IMG/VR virus record: IMGVR_UViG_3300021963_006915
Location: 37,378-101,377 of that record
Strand: one strand, 5' to 3'
DNA from: a virus
Taxonomy: Duplodnaviria > Caudoviricetes
Length of the DNA: 64,000 bases
Within the stretch, counting starts at the first letter, position 1. Each line of letters begins with the position of its first letter. Position numbers and translations under genes: made by a program. The notes under the pieces were generated by a model that was given only the letters and a program-made list of their open reading frames with translations, was not told the DNA's origin and made no database searches. Shown piece after piece: positions 20,500-30,363 of this stretch.

Positions 20500-21146
20500 A
20501 CATCTTAAATAAACATTTTAATAAGGTATATATAATTTCATCATATGCAACTCAAAACAGGTTAGATGAGTTGATGTTAATTTTAAAAAAAGAAAATATA
20601 GACTTGGAAGTAGTGATAGCACCAAAAAAAAAGTACTTTAATCCTGACTACACAAAAACGCATTGTAACGAGGTTACACAAAGTCATATAAGTGTGACGG
20701 AATCTATATTTTTAAAAGAATCATATCTAAAATCCGAAACTTTTTGTATTATGGAGGATGATGTCTTTTTTAGTAATAATTATTCCAATATGCTGGAAAA
20801 TTTCTTTATTAAACTACCATCTGATTGGGATATTGTTAATTTGGGTTATCATGAATATACATCTTTAAAAATTAATCCAAATCAACTTTATTATAAAATA
20901 GACAGAGATGAAAGAATTTGTGGTACTCATATAGTTGGATATAAACATCATGTGGTAGATCATGTTAAGAATGCATTAGAAAAATGTATATATCCATTGG
21001 ATTGGTTTTTAAATGATAATGTTTATCCACATTTCAAAACATATGTTCCAACAGAACACATAATTTATGCATCTTCATTTAGATCGGATGACTTAACTAA
21101 AGACGCTTTCTATAAAAAATATAAATCCGCTATGATTCTTGAATGA
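20496..21146 (+). CDS. GT25-like glycosyltransferase
   Basis: FNKVYII, IMEDDV, LPSDWDIVNLG, CGTH and PLDW motifs. Confidence 0.75.
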   Translation: MNILNKHFNKVYIISSYATQNRLDELMLILKKENIDLEVVIAPKKKYFNPDYTKTHCNEVTQSHISVTESIFLKESYLKSETFCIMEDDVFFSNNYSNMLENFFIKLPSDWDIVNLGYHEYTSLKINPNQLYYKIDRDERICGTHIVGYKHHVVDHVKNALEKCIYPLDWFLNDNVYPHFKTYVPTEHIIYASSFRSDDLTKDAFYKKYKSAMILE

Positions 21147-21715
21147 AAATTGTTGTTGCACATTATAATGAAGATCTATCGTGGTTGGATAAAATTAATG
21201 CCGATCATATAATTTATAGTAAGGGTTATACAAATTTAAAGTATTCTTTCCATATTTTGCCAAATGTTGGCCGTGAGGCAGATACATATTTATATTATAT
21301 AATTAATAACTATTATAGTTTAGACGATATTATTGTCTTTCTACAAGGTGATCCATTTGATCATTGTCATGATGTGGTTGATAAAGTGAATAATATCAAC
21401 AATGACAATGATGTTAAGTGGTTATGTTCTAATTGGGGTCCGTTGACAAAAGATTATCAAGGTGGACCAGGATCAATACCATTACCATTGTTAGATATAT
21501 GTGAAAAGTTATTTAATAAAAAATTTGATAATACTAAAACATTCACATTTTCGCCAGGAGCTCAATATATTGTACCAAAAAAGTTTATACTCAATAAATC
21601 TTTAGATTGGTGGAAATATTGCTATTTTGTATTCAATGAATACATTGAAACGTCTCCTTGGTCATATGAACGTATCTGGCCAGAAATTTTTAATTATGAG
21701 AATATATCAAACTAG
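21143..21715 (+). CDS. DUF3431-like (GT-A-like) protein
   Basis: VVAHYNEDLSW, NVGREADTYL, FLQGDPFDH, GAQY and ERIW motifs. Confidence 0.75.
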   Translation: MKIVVAHYNEDLSWLDKINADHIIYSKGYTNLKYSFHILPNVGREADTYLYYIINNYYSLDDIIVFLQGDPFDHCHDVVDKVNNINNDNDVKWLCSNWGPLTKDYQGGPGSIPLPLLDICEKLFNKKFDNTKTFTFSPGAQYIVPKKFILNKSLDWWKYCYFVFNEYIETSPWSYERIWPEIFNYENISN

Positions 21716-22265
21716 AATTGAACTTGTAAAAGATTTAGTAACAGAAAAATCTGTATGTGTTGAAATGGGAGTACTATATGGAGGTTTTGCACAACACATA
21801 TATAATCAAAATCCAAAAAAGTTGTATTTAGTTGATTTATGGAATGAACCTATGCCATGTGGAGATGAAGACGGAAATAACGTATACTGGTCATACGATA
21901 ATATTGAGTGTTTTAATAATCTTACAGAACAATTTTCAAATTCTAATAATGTTATAATATCTAAAACTGACTCTGTTTCTTTTATGAAGTCGTGTGACGA
22001 CGATTATTTTGATTTTATCTACATTGATACAACACACACATACGAACAAACGTTACGTGAATTAGAGGTTTCATTTAGTAAATGTAAAAATGATGGATAT
22101 ATATGTGGCCATGATTTTTCTATCATTTCTGAAAAATGTAAAAGTTCTAATTTCAACTTTGATGTGGATAAAGCCGTATATGAATTTTGTACAAAGTACA
22201 ATCAGAAAATACATGCTATTGCTCTAGACGGATGTATTAGCTTTGTAATCAAAAAAAGTATATGA
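21696..22265 (+). CDS. class I SAM methyltransferase (Methyltransf_24-like)
   Basis: VEMGVLYG, FDFIYIDTTHTYE and GYICGHDF motifs; start reassigned to 21696. Confidence 0.85.
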   Translation: MRIYQTRIELVKDLVTEKSVCVEMGVLYGGFAQHIYNQNPKKLYLVDLWNEPMPCGDEDGNNVYWSYDNIECFNNLTEQFSNSNNVIISKTDSVSFMKSCDDDYFDFIYIDTTHTYEQTLRELEVSFSKCKNDGYICGHDFSIISEKCKSSNFNFDVDKAVYEFCTKYNQKIHAIALDGCISFVIKKSI

Positions 22266-22981
22266 TATCAATTGTTTCTCCTGTATATTTAGGACAATTA
22301 CATAGAGTAGAATATCATCAAAAGTTTATTGAATCATGTAAAAAACAAAACGATTTTGATAAAATACGCTTTATTTTTTTCTACGAAAACACTATACTAG
22401 ATCGTGATTTGATAAATGATTTAAAAAAATACAATAATGTTGATATTCATGTAAATTCATATGATTTTAAAACATATCTAAATCAATATAATTGTTTAAA
22501 TTATTGTTTTGAACATCTAAAACTAGATCATGTTATATATCTTGAAGATGATGTGGAAATGTCTAATGATCTATATGATATAACAAATTTTTATGTAAAT
22601 TCTAAAAATTATAATGATAATAATATATTCTGTTATCTAAATAAAGATAATTTGATAGATGATGTTTCAACTAGATCTGATTTAATACAAGTTAAAAGCT
22701 TTATGAAAGGAGATATGGATTATTTTACGCCGTGGGGATTTTTAGCGACAAAACATGTGTGGAACAATGTTCTTAAACACTGGGATAAAATCACATCATT
22801 TGATTGGGAGTTGGTCAAAAAGTGTAAAGATAATTATGGTATAGTGAGTCCTCAAGAATCCAGAGTAAATCATATAGGTGTCAATGGTATGAATTATAAT
22901 GAGGATATATTTAGATCTCATAACTTTGCGTCGTATAAAGTTAAACAATATACCAACCGGATTAATTATAGTTATGTATGA
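22262..22981 (+). CDS. GT-A glycosyltransferase
   Basis: IYLEDD, FTPWG, FDW and SRVNHIG motifs. Confidence 0.7.
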   Translation: MISIVSPVYLGQLHRVEYHQKFIESCKKQNDFDKIRFIFFYENTILDRDLINDLKKYNNVDIHVNSYDFKTYLNQYNCLNYCFEHLKLDHVIYLEDDVEMSNDLYDITNFYVNSKNYNDNNIFCYLNKDNLIDDVSTRSDLIQVKSFMKGDMDYFTPWGFLATKHVWNNVLKHWDKITSFDWELVKKCKDNYGIVSPQESRVNHIGVNGMNYNEDIFRSHNFASYKVKQYTNRINYSYV

Positions 22982-24074
22982 TTATATAATAGTAGGATCG
23001 GGTTTATTTGGATCAACGTTTGCAAATCTTGCCAAACTATCTGGTAAATCGTGTCTTATTTTGGAAAAACGAAATCATGTTGGTGGAAATGTGTATACAG
23101 AAAATATAGAAGGTATTAATGTACATATGTATGGCCCGCATATATTTCATACGTCCAACAAACATATATGGGATTATGTCAATCAATTTGCAGAATTTAA
23201 TAAATTTCATAACAGACCCAAAGTAAGATACAAGAATAATATCTACTCTTTTCCTATTAACCTGTTTACATTATACCAAATGTGGGGTGTATCAACTCCA
23301 AGTCAAGCCGGAGAAAAATTATCTAGTGTAAGAGTCCCAATTAAAAACCCATCTAATTTAGAAGAATGGATACTGAGTGAAGTTGGTGAAGAAATTTACA
23401 AAACGTTTATTTATGGATATACTAAAAAACAATGGGGTAAAGAACCGAAAGAATTACCATCGTCGATTATAAAACGTCTTCCGATAAGATTAAGTTTCAA
23501 CGACAACTATTATAAGGATGAAGATATCTATCAAGGAGTTCCTATAGGTGGATATACACAGATGATTGAGAAAATGATATCAGATATACCTATAGAATTG
23601 GGTGTTGATTTTAATAATGATCTTGATTATTGGGTATCAAAAGCACACAAAGTTGTGTATACAGGCGCTTTGGATGAATTATTTAATTATTCAATTGGTG
23701 CGTTAAATTATAGAAGTCTTAGATTTGAACATGAAAAGTTTGGCGTTGAAGACTATCAGGGAGTTGCTATAATAAATCACACGGACGAATCTATACCATA
23801 TACTAGAGTTATAGAGCATAAACACTTTGAATCAATTAAATCATCTAATACGATCATAACCAAAGAATTTCCAGACTCTTGGAAATTGGGAAAGGAAAAG
23901 TATTATCCTATAAACGATATTCTTAATGATACATTGTATAAAGATTATGTTGGTATTTTAGAAAAAGAATATCCACAATTCGTTTTGGGCGGTAGATTAG
24001 CTTGCTATAGATATTTTGATATGCACCAATCAATTGGACAAGCTATGCATAAGTTTGAAGAACAATTTCGTTAA
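22974..24074 (+). CDS. glf: UDP-galactopyranose mutase
   Basis: YDYIIVGSGLFG, HMYGPHIFHT, YTKKQWG, YRSLRFE, EHKHF and GRLACYRYFDM motifs; start at 22974. Confidence 0.95.
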   Translation: MYDYIIVGSGLFGSTFANLAKLSGKSCLILEKRNHVGGNVYTENIEGINVHMYGPHIFHTSNKHIWDYVNQFAEFNKFHNRPKVRYKNNIYSFPINLFTLYQMWGVSTPSQAGEKLSSVRVPIKNPSNLEEWILSEVGEEIYKTFIYGYTKKQWGKEPKELPSSIIKRLPIRLSFNDNYYKDEDIYQGVPIGGYTQMIEKMISDIPIELGVDFNNDLDYWVSKAHKVVYTGALDELFNYSIGALNYRSLRFEHEKFGVEDYQGVAIINHTDESIPYTRVIEHKHFESIKSSNTIITKEFPDSWKLGKEKYYPINDILNDTLYKDYVGILEKEYPQFVLGGRLACYRYFDMHQSIGQAMHKFEEQFR

Positions 24075-24702
24075 CTATGTTTATTAAGTTATATTTGTCT
24101 TGCTTGGTTACAGCACAATTTGCATGATATAACAATATATCTTTATTTATATTATTGTGACCAACCGATGTAGATAAAAATGTTGGTGGTAGTAAGTCCC
24201 AACTGAGATCATAGTTATTGGTTTTATATAAAATTTCATTGATGATTTTTTGTTCCCAGATTCTTGTTTCTTGAACTTTTTGCAAAACGTCGCAGAAGAA
24301 TTTGTATGTTTTTTCGTTGGGTCTGATTATGTTGAATCCAAAATTTATATTTCCTCCCTGTGGTTCGTGTATACCATCAAACAACTCTCTTAAGAATAAA
24401 ACATCTTTTTCACGTATCAATTCATTTAATGTGGGCAATATTGGTTTATAAAAAACGATATCTATGTCTGAAAAAATAAATGGTTGATTGTATGGACTAC
24501 TTTGAATTGCCTTTATTATGTTACTCACACGGGATGTCCATATATTAATACCACCTCCGAACTTAAAGTGTTCAGGCAAAGATTCTGAAAATTCTGGGGA
24601 GTCTATTTTTATATCGGCAATTATAAATTTATCCTTTATACTTTCTACAAACATATCTTTCATGTCTGAAAATTTATCATCGTACATGTAATATAACTTC
24701 AT
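24043..24702 (-). CDS. nucleotide-diphospho-sugar transferase (GT77-like)
   Basis: FSDIDIVF, INFGF, WEQ and YHANC motifs. Confidence 0.7.
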   Translation of the reverse strand: MKLYYMYDDKFSDMKDMFVESIKDKFIIADIKIDSPEFSESLPEHFKFGGGINIWTSRVSNIIKAIQSSPYNQPFIFSDIDIVFYKPILPTLNELIREKDVLFLRELFDGIHEPQGGNINFGFNIIRPNEKTYKFFCDVLQKVQETRIWEQKIINEILYKTNNYDLSWDLLPPTFLSTSVGHNNINKDILLYHANCAVTKQDKYNLINIVNEIVLQTYA

Positions 24703-25607
24703 ATATTTTTAAAAAAATTAATTAATTTGGTTTCACTATCATTTATAATATGTTGATACAATAATCTTCTTTCTTTATTTTTATTTTTTGGTTTAAAATT
24801 GATTAGTGTATATTCAAATATAGATTGGTCTACATAATAACTATTTCTAAGAGTAAATGTATTGTTAGTATTGTCGGTATCAAATAGATATTCTGAATTT
24901 GTTGTTTTTATAGATGGAATAAAGTGTACTAAATCAGGATCTAATTGTTCTTTGAATACTGGTATATCACTACATATTATTTCGTTTCCTGTAGATAGTG
25001 CTTCAAATAAATAATGACCCCAACTTTCATACAAACTACAACATATGTGTATATTGTGAGAGTTAAGCAAATTTGATATTGACTCATTTGTTTGATATGA
25101 ATTTATGTGAGTAAAATTTGAAGATGGTTTGTATCGGTTATATGGATCAATAATCGTTATTGGAATGGTTTGTTTAAGAACCAATTCTGTATTTTTCTGA
25201 ATAGACCTACCCATGAAATGTAAAAACTTTTTTGCTCGATCTATTGATGAATCATATACGTCTTTTGACACAAATGGAATATAAGTTACATTATTGTAAG
25301 ACCTCAGTAAATTTTTAGCATATTGTGATTTACAAATAACTTGATCAAACAACTTAAGATTCTCTAAATCCCATGTTCCAACCCACTCCTCATTTATAAA
25401 AAATATGTTCTTTTTATGATGATGTAGTAAGTTTATGTCGTAGTTTTGAATCCAAATACCTACGTCAGCATTCAAATCAGATTTGATATTATCCAAGAAT
25501 ATAATCTGTACATCGTTATGTACATATCTTTTTATTAAATTCTTCAACAGAATAGCATCTGTTACTATTCCAACGCCGTTATTATATACATAAATATTAT
25601 AATACAT
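24699..25607 (-). CDS. GT-B glycosyltransferase
   Basis: NGVGIVTD and HICCSLYESWGHYLFEA motifs; start reassigned to 25607. Confidence 0.75.
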   Translation of the reverse strand: MYYNIYVYNNGVGIVTDAILLKNLIKRYVHNDVQIIFLDNIKSDLNADVGIWIQNYDINLLHHHKKNIFFINEEWVGTWDLENLKLFDQVICKSQYAKNLLRSYNNVTYIPFVSKDVYDSSIDRAKKFLHFMGRSIQKNTELVLKQTIPITIIDPYNRYKPSSNFTHINSYQTNESISNLLNSHNIHICCSLYESWGHYLFEALSTGNEIICSDIPVFKEQLDPDLVHFIPSIKTTNSEYLFDTDNTNNTFTLRNSYYVDQSIFEYTLINFKPKNKNKERRLLYQHIINDSETKLINFFKNI

Positions 25608-25631
25608 AAGACTATTATATATGTATAATAT

Positions 25632-26285
25632 ATGCACGTTTTAAACAGATTATTTCCCAAAGTTTTTTTAGTAACAACTGATCCACCAAATTCAAGATAT
25701 GAATATTTTGTTGAATATTATAATTCTATTGGATTGAATTATGATTTAAGAATCGCAACCAATTATAGTTATTTTAAAAAAATATACGATGGGTCTTTTG
25801 AAATAAATGAACAAGAACAAAGTTTGGAATCTGCGTATACATCTATATTTTATGAATCGTATTATAAAAAATTTGATAGTATTGTTATATTAGAGGATGA
25901 TAATCGATTTGTAGAAAACTTTGAAGAACTATTTCTACAATTTTATAAAAACCTTCCAAACGATTGGGATTTTTTAAATCTGAGTAGTTATCAACTTGGA
26001 TATCATAAAAACAAAGAGAACTATATAGTTACATCTGTTAATGAATACGTGAATAAAATAAAAATTAAACATTCAAGCAATTGTACTATTTTTAGACATC
26101 CGAATACATATAAAATGATAGCCGATAAAATCGTTGGGTGTAAATACCCAGTCGATTTAGTGATGACGGATTTTTCATACAATGATTTATTAAATTCTTA
26201 TTCTCCTAATATAGATATAACAAATCAGTTATCTACCAGAATATCAGATGTACCAATTGATAGATTTAAAAGTTTAATTAGATGA
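25632..26285 (+). CDS. GT25-like glycosyltransferase
   Basis: ILEDD, LPNDWDFLNL and YPVD motifs; paralog of 20496..21146. Confidence 0.72.
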   Translation: MHVLNRLFPKVFLVTTDPPNSRYEYFVEYYNSIGLNYDLRIATNYSYFKKIYDGSFEINEQEQSLESAYTSIFYESYYKKFDSIVILEDDNRFVENFEELFLQFYKNLPNDWDFLNLSSYQLGYHKNKENYIVTSVNEYVNKIKIKHSSNCTIFRHPNTYKMIADKIVGCKYPVDLVMTDFSYNDLLNSYSPNIDITNQLSTRISDVPIDRFKSLIR

Positions 26286-26929
26286 TACCTAAAATATTAC
26301 ATTTTATATGGTTGGGTAAAAAACAAATACCAATTCATTTTAATAAGTTCCTTGATGAGTGGAAATCGAATTATAGTGACTATGAAGTTATTGTTTGGAA
26401 CGATGATATGGTTGAACAAAAAAACCTTATACCAGACAATTTAAAAAAATATTATTTTTCTGATTTACCCGAAGCATTTAGAGCAGATATAGCTAGATAT
26501 ATAATTCTAAACAACTATGGTGGTTTTTATTTTGATGTTGACTTTCAATTTTTAAAAAAAATACCAGATCATTTTTTGAACTTTAAATTTCTGGGAGGTA
26601 TACAAAACAATGGAGAAGTGGCTATAGGATTTTTTGCATCACAGATAAACAATGATCTTTTAACTGAAACTATTGATTCTATACCAAATAGTATTAATAT
26701 AGCTATACAAGAAAATTATTACACAGGAGAAAACTTGTATAGAATAACAGGTCCAGAGTTTTTTAACAAAATATGTTTAAAATATCTGAGTAATACCGAT
26801 TATTTTTTCTTTACCAAAGAATATTTTTATCCTTACTGGTTTGATGAAAAACATAGAAGATACGAACGATTCGATATAAGTTCACCACTAAGTTATGCGG
26901 TACATCATTGGAACATTAGTTGGAGATAA
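26282..26929 (+). CDS. GT32 (DXD) glycosyltransferase
   Basis: MIPKILHFIW, ADIARY, GGFYFDVD, TGP and HHW motifs. Confidence 0.88.
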   Translation: MIPKILHFIWLGKKQIPIHFNKFLDEWKSNYSDYEVIVWNDDMVEQKNLIPDNLKKYYFSDLPEAFRADIARYIILNNYGGFYFDVDFQFLKKIPDHFLNFKFLGGIQNNGEVAIGFFASQINNDLLTETIDSIPNSINIAIQENYYTGENLYRITGPEFFNKICLKYLSNTDYFFFTKEYFYPYWFDEKHRRYERFDISSPLSYAVHHWNISWR

Positions 26930-26934
26930 TTGTT

Positions 26935-27609
26935 ATGTATAATACTTTGTTTGATAAAATATATGTTATAAATCTTGATGAACGAATTGATCGGTGGACT
27001 TCATTAACTAACCATCTATCTGATATATCCATACTTGACTATGAACGTGTCTCTGCAACAAAGTTATCAATTGATTCAACTATATCAAAAGTTAAACTTG
27101 CGCAAATATCGTGTTTTCATAGCCACCTTAAAACTTTGAGAAAGTCATATGAATCGGGATTTGATCGGGTGTTAATATTGGAGGACGATTGTAGATTTAT
27201 ACACACCGATATTAATATAAATAATACATACGATATGTTATATCTGGGGTGTAATCGGAAGATATATAAAAATAGTAATAGTTTGATATATTTCTCTCAA
27301 ATAGGACCTATAAATGAAAGTGTTGTAAAGATAAATGAATGTGGTACTACACATGCTATTATTTATTCAAGAACACTAATTGAACAAATAATATCTTTTT
27401 ATCCAAATGATGATTGGTTTTTTACAAAAGCATTTGGATCAGACGAAACTTATTACATATACGATGTCTTCTTAAACTGGTTTACAGAAAAATACTCTAT
27501 ACAAAAACATTGTGTATATCCTATAATGTGTACACAATGTGATTCTTTTAGTGATATACAATTTTGTGATACTAACTATAGTGAAGAAATTAAAAAATCT
27601 TGGTTATGA
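26935..27609 (+). CDS. GT25 glycosyltransferase
   Basis: YVINLDERIDRW, CFHSH, ILEDD, MLYLG and TTHA motifs. Confidence 0.85.
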   Translation: MYNTLFDKIYVINLDERIDRWTSLTNHLSDISILDYERVSATKLSIDSTISKVKLAQISCFHSHLKTLRKSYESGFDRVLILEDDCRFIHTDININNTYDMLYLGCNRKIYKNSNSLIYFSQIGPINESVVKINECGTTHAIIYSRTLIEQIISFYPNDDWFFTKAFGSDETYYIYDVFLNWFTEKYSIQKHCVYPIMCTQCDSFSDIQFCDTNYSEEIKKSWL

Positions 27610-28412
27610 AACTTAATATACATGCTCCCAATTTATCGCACATTCCAACATCACATTGGAATAATAGACTTAAATCGTTAAATATTGACTTGGATGTTAT
27701 ATATGGATATCCAGAAAATAAAACAGATCCAGTTGTTTTGACAGACACTGCATTTTATGATGTGGATCAGTCATACAACAATGTATACGTTTGGATTATA
27801 GAGTCGCCATTAATTTTAGAATATTTTTCCTCTGGATTTTTTGAAAGAATATACAACAACAAAGATAGATTTGTAAAAGTATTTACACATGATCGTGGTT
27901 TAATTGAGTCTTCTAACAAGTTTGTATTTAAATCACATGGTGATTGTACTATAGTAGATTATCAAAATCTAGATAAAAATAAACTCATATCTATGATCAG
28001 TTCAAATAAAAGATGGGTTGGTGGACACGAATTACGACATCAAATTATAGAGAAATATCGTGGTAAATTTGATTTATATGGTCGTGGATTTAACGATATT
28101 GATCGTAAAGAAACAGGACTCAATCAATATGCATTTTCGATTGCTGTAGAGAATTGTCAAAGAGACTATTATTTTACTGAAAAAATTATTGATTGCTTTA
28201 GAACCAAGACAATTCCTATATATTGGGGATGTCCTTCAATAGGAAACTTCTTTGATAAACGAGGTATAATTCAATTTGATAATATAGATCAATTAGAAAG
28301 TATAATTGGTTCTTTAAATTATTCCAAGTATTATGATGTCATTGATGCGGTTGAAAATAATTATAAGTTGTCGTTTGAATATGACACATTTTTTACAAAT
28401 TTTAAATTATGA
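27606..28412 (+). CDS. GT10 (alpha-1,3/4-fucosyltransferase-like)
   Basis: YAFSIAVEN...YFTEKIIDC...TIPIYWG motif. Confidence 0.85.
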   Translation: MKLNIHAPNLSHIPTSHWNNRLKSLNIDLDVIYGYPENKTDPVVLTDTAFYDVDQSYNNVYVWIIESPLILEYFSSGFFERIYNNKDRFVKVFTHDRGLIESSNKFVFKSHGDCTIVDYQNLDKNKLISMISSNKRWVGGHELRHQIIEKYRGKFDLYGRGFNDIDRKETGLNQYAFSIAVENCQRDYYFTEKIIDCFRTKTIPIYWGCPSIGNFFDKRGIIQFDNIDQLESIIGSLNYSKYYDVIDAVENNYKLSFEYDTFFTNFKL

Positions 28413-29143
28413 TACCTAAAATAGTTCATATGGTTTTTGGTTTGAGTGATGATTTTGGAAATAAACCATTTCATTTAATTCACAATATAGCCATAAAATC
28501 AGCACATAGTATAATTAAACCAGATAAAATTTTCTTGTATTGTAAGTATGAACCTGAAAACAACAAGTATTGGGAAGACATAAAGAGTATTGTTGAAATC
28601 GTTAAAGTAGAACCAGTTGATAAAATATTTGGTAACCAAATAGAACATTGTGCGCACAAAACTGATATTTTACGATTGGAAAAGTTAATTGAAATTGGAG
28701 GTATATATTTGGATTGTGATACAATTTGTATAAATTCCTTCGATGATTTACTGACCAATAAGTTTGTAATGGGTAAACAAGATGATTGGGGACTATGTAA
28801 TGCTATTATGTTGTCAGAAAAGAATTCTGAATTTGGCAGAATATGGTATAATAATTACAAGACATTTGATAAAACAAAGTGGGATGAACATAGTGTAGTG
28901 TTGCCAAAAAAATTAGCACACGAAAATCCCACATTAATTACAATTTTAAGTACGGAGAAGTTCTTTCAACCAAATCCAGCCAATTGGAAATCGATATTTC
29001 ATTCATTCACAGATAAATCAAATGATTACGTCATGCATTTGTGGGAAAGCATGGGTTGGGATGAACAACACAAATTTATTGATGAAGAGTGGATACGAAA
29101 CTCAAATTCTACATACGCATTTTATGCTAAAAAATACATATGA
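28409..29143 (+). CDS. GT32 (DXD) glycosyltransferase
   Basis: MIPKIVH, AHKTDILRL, GGIYLDCD, LCNA and HLW motifs. Confidence 0.88.
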   Translation: MIPKIVHMVFGLSDDFGNKPFHLIHNIAIKSAHSIIKPDKIFLYCKYEPENNKYWEDIKSIVEIVKVEPVDKIFGNQIEHCAHKTDILRLEKLIEIGGIYLDCDTICINSFDDLLTNKFVMGKQDDWGLCNAIMLSEKNSEFGRIWYNNYKTFDKTKWDEHSVVLPKKLAHENPTLITILSTEKFFQPNPANWKSIFHSFTDKSNDYVMHLWESMGWDEQHKFIDEEWIRNSNSTYAFYAKKYI

Positions 29144-29712
29144 AAGATATATTCACAGACGTATATAAAAATAAGAAATGGCAAGATAACTATGGTACTG
29201 AGAGTGGTCCTGGATCTAGTATAGAATGTTCCAAACCATATTTGGACTTTTTAAAAGAATTTTGTCAAAAGTATAATATAAAATCTATCCTAGATTTAGG
29301 ATGTGGTGATTTCAATCTAATGAAACATTTTAACTTTACAGGAATTTATTACTTAGGGATTGATATAGTTGATCACATTATAATTCAAAACCAACAGTTA
29401 CATGGAACTTCAAATATTAAATTTAAAAGTGAATCGGTGATAGATTACTTAAATGACACACATATTGATTTAATATTATGTAAAGATTTACTTCAACATC
29501 TGAGTAAAGAAAGTATATTTCGTATTTTGAATATTAAGAATTACAAGTATGCTTTATATACAAACGATTACTCGGATGTTAACAATTCTGATGTGGAGGA
29601 TGGTAATTATTCACCAATCGATTTATCAAAAGATCCATATAATATCAATGGTGAATATGTTTTTGAATGGCAATCATGTTTTTTCAAAAAGAGGGTGTAT
29701 AAAGTCACTTAG
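29140..29712 (+). CDS. class I SAM methyltransferase
   Basis: SGPGSS, LDLGCGDF, GIDIV and KDLLQH motifs. Confidence 0.85.
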   Translation: MKDIFTDVYKNKKWQDNYGTESGPGSSIECSKPYLDFLKEFCQKYNIKSILDLGCGDFNLMKHFNFTGIYYLGIDIVDHIIIQNQQLHGTSNIKFKSESVIDYLNDTHIDLILCKDLLQHLSKESIFRILNIKNYKYALYTNDYSDVNNSDVEDGNYSPIDLSKDPYNINGEYVFEWQSCFFKKRVYKVT

Positions 29713-30363
29713 TTTATGTCCGTGAACACCAAATGTATCTAAATTTTCATTCTCTGGTAGGCTAGTTTCTTTTGAAAATGTTAATGCTACTTCAAATGGA
29801 GCAAATACATTACCATATTTTTCATACAATTCGTGGTTATGAACACAGATTATGTTGTCTTCATTCGATGAAAAATGATTTAAATGTTTATAATAGTCTC
29901 CATACATTGTAGATGAAAATGGAATATGTTCATGATTTGGAGTATTTAATAATTTTTGACTTCTTAAACTAAACCCTCCATTTCCTACTCTTATGTGGTT
30001 TCCATTGGGATCTAAATAACAATCATCTCTTATTTTCCAAGGCGCACCTATATAATCGTATTTTAAATAGTCATTCGTCCATAAGTGTGGATTCGTTATA
30101 AATCCATCGTGTTGAATGGTTAAACAAAACTCCGTGTCAACATGTTTATACAGATCATATATCATATAATGACTATATGCTTCTATTGATGTTAAGTGTC
30201 TACACTTTTCTACTTTTACGGATTCTATATCTATATCTTCGTGTGTTACAAATTTTACTTCTTTAAAGTTCATTAATCTTGAACAATAAATTAACGATTG
30301 TATAGACTCTTCAATTTTAACTGAAGTAACACATATAAGCGTAATATTAGATAAATGAATCAT
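29674..30363 (-). CDS. DUF5672-like (GT-A-like) protein
   Basis: TIQHDGF, YDYIGAPW, VGNGGFSLRS and FGVH motifs; start reassigned to 30363. Confidence 0.78.
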   Translation of the reverse strand: MIHLSNITLICVTSVKIEESIQSLIYCSRLMNFKEVKFVTHEDIDIESVKVEKCRHLTSIEAYSHYMIYDLYKHVDTEFCLTIQHDGFITNPHLWTNDYLKYDYIGAPWKIRDDCYLDPNGNHIRVGNGGFSLRSQKLLNTPNHEHIPFSSTMYGDYYKHLNHFSSNEDNIICVHNHELYEKYGNVFAPFEVALTFSKETSLPENENLDTFGVHGHKLSDFIHPLFEKT

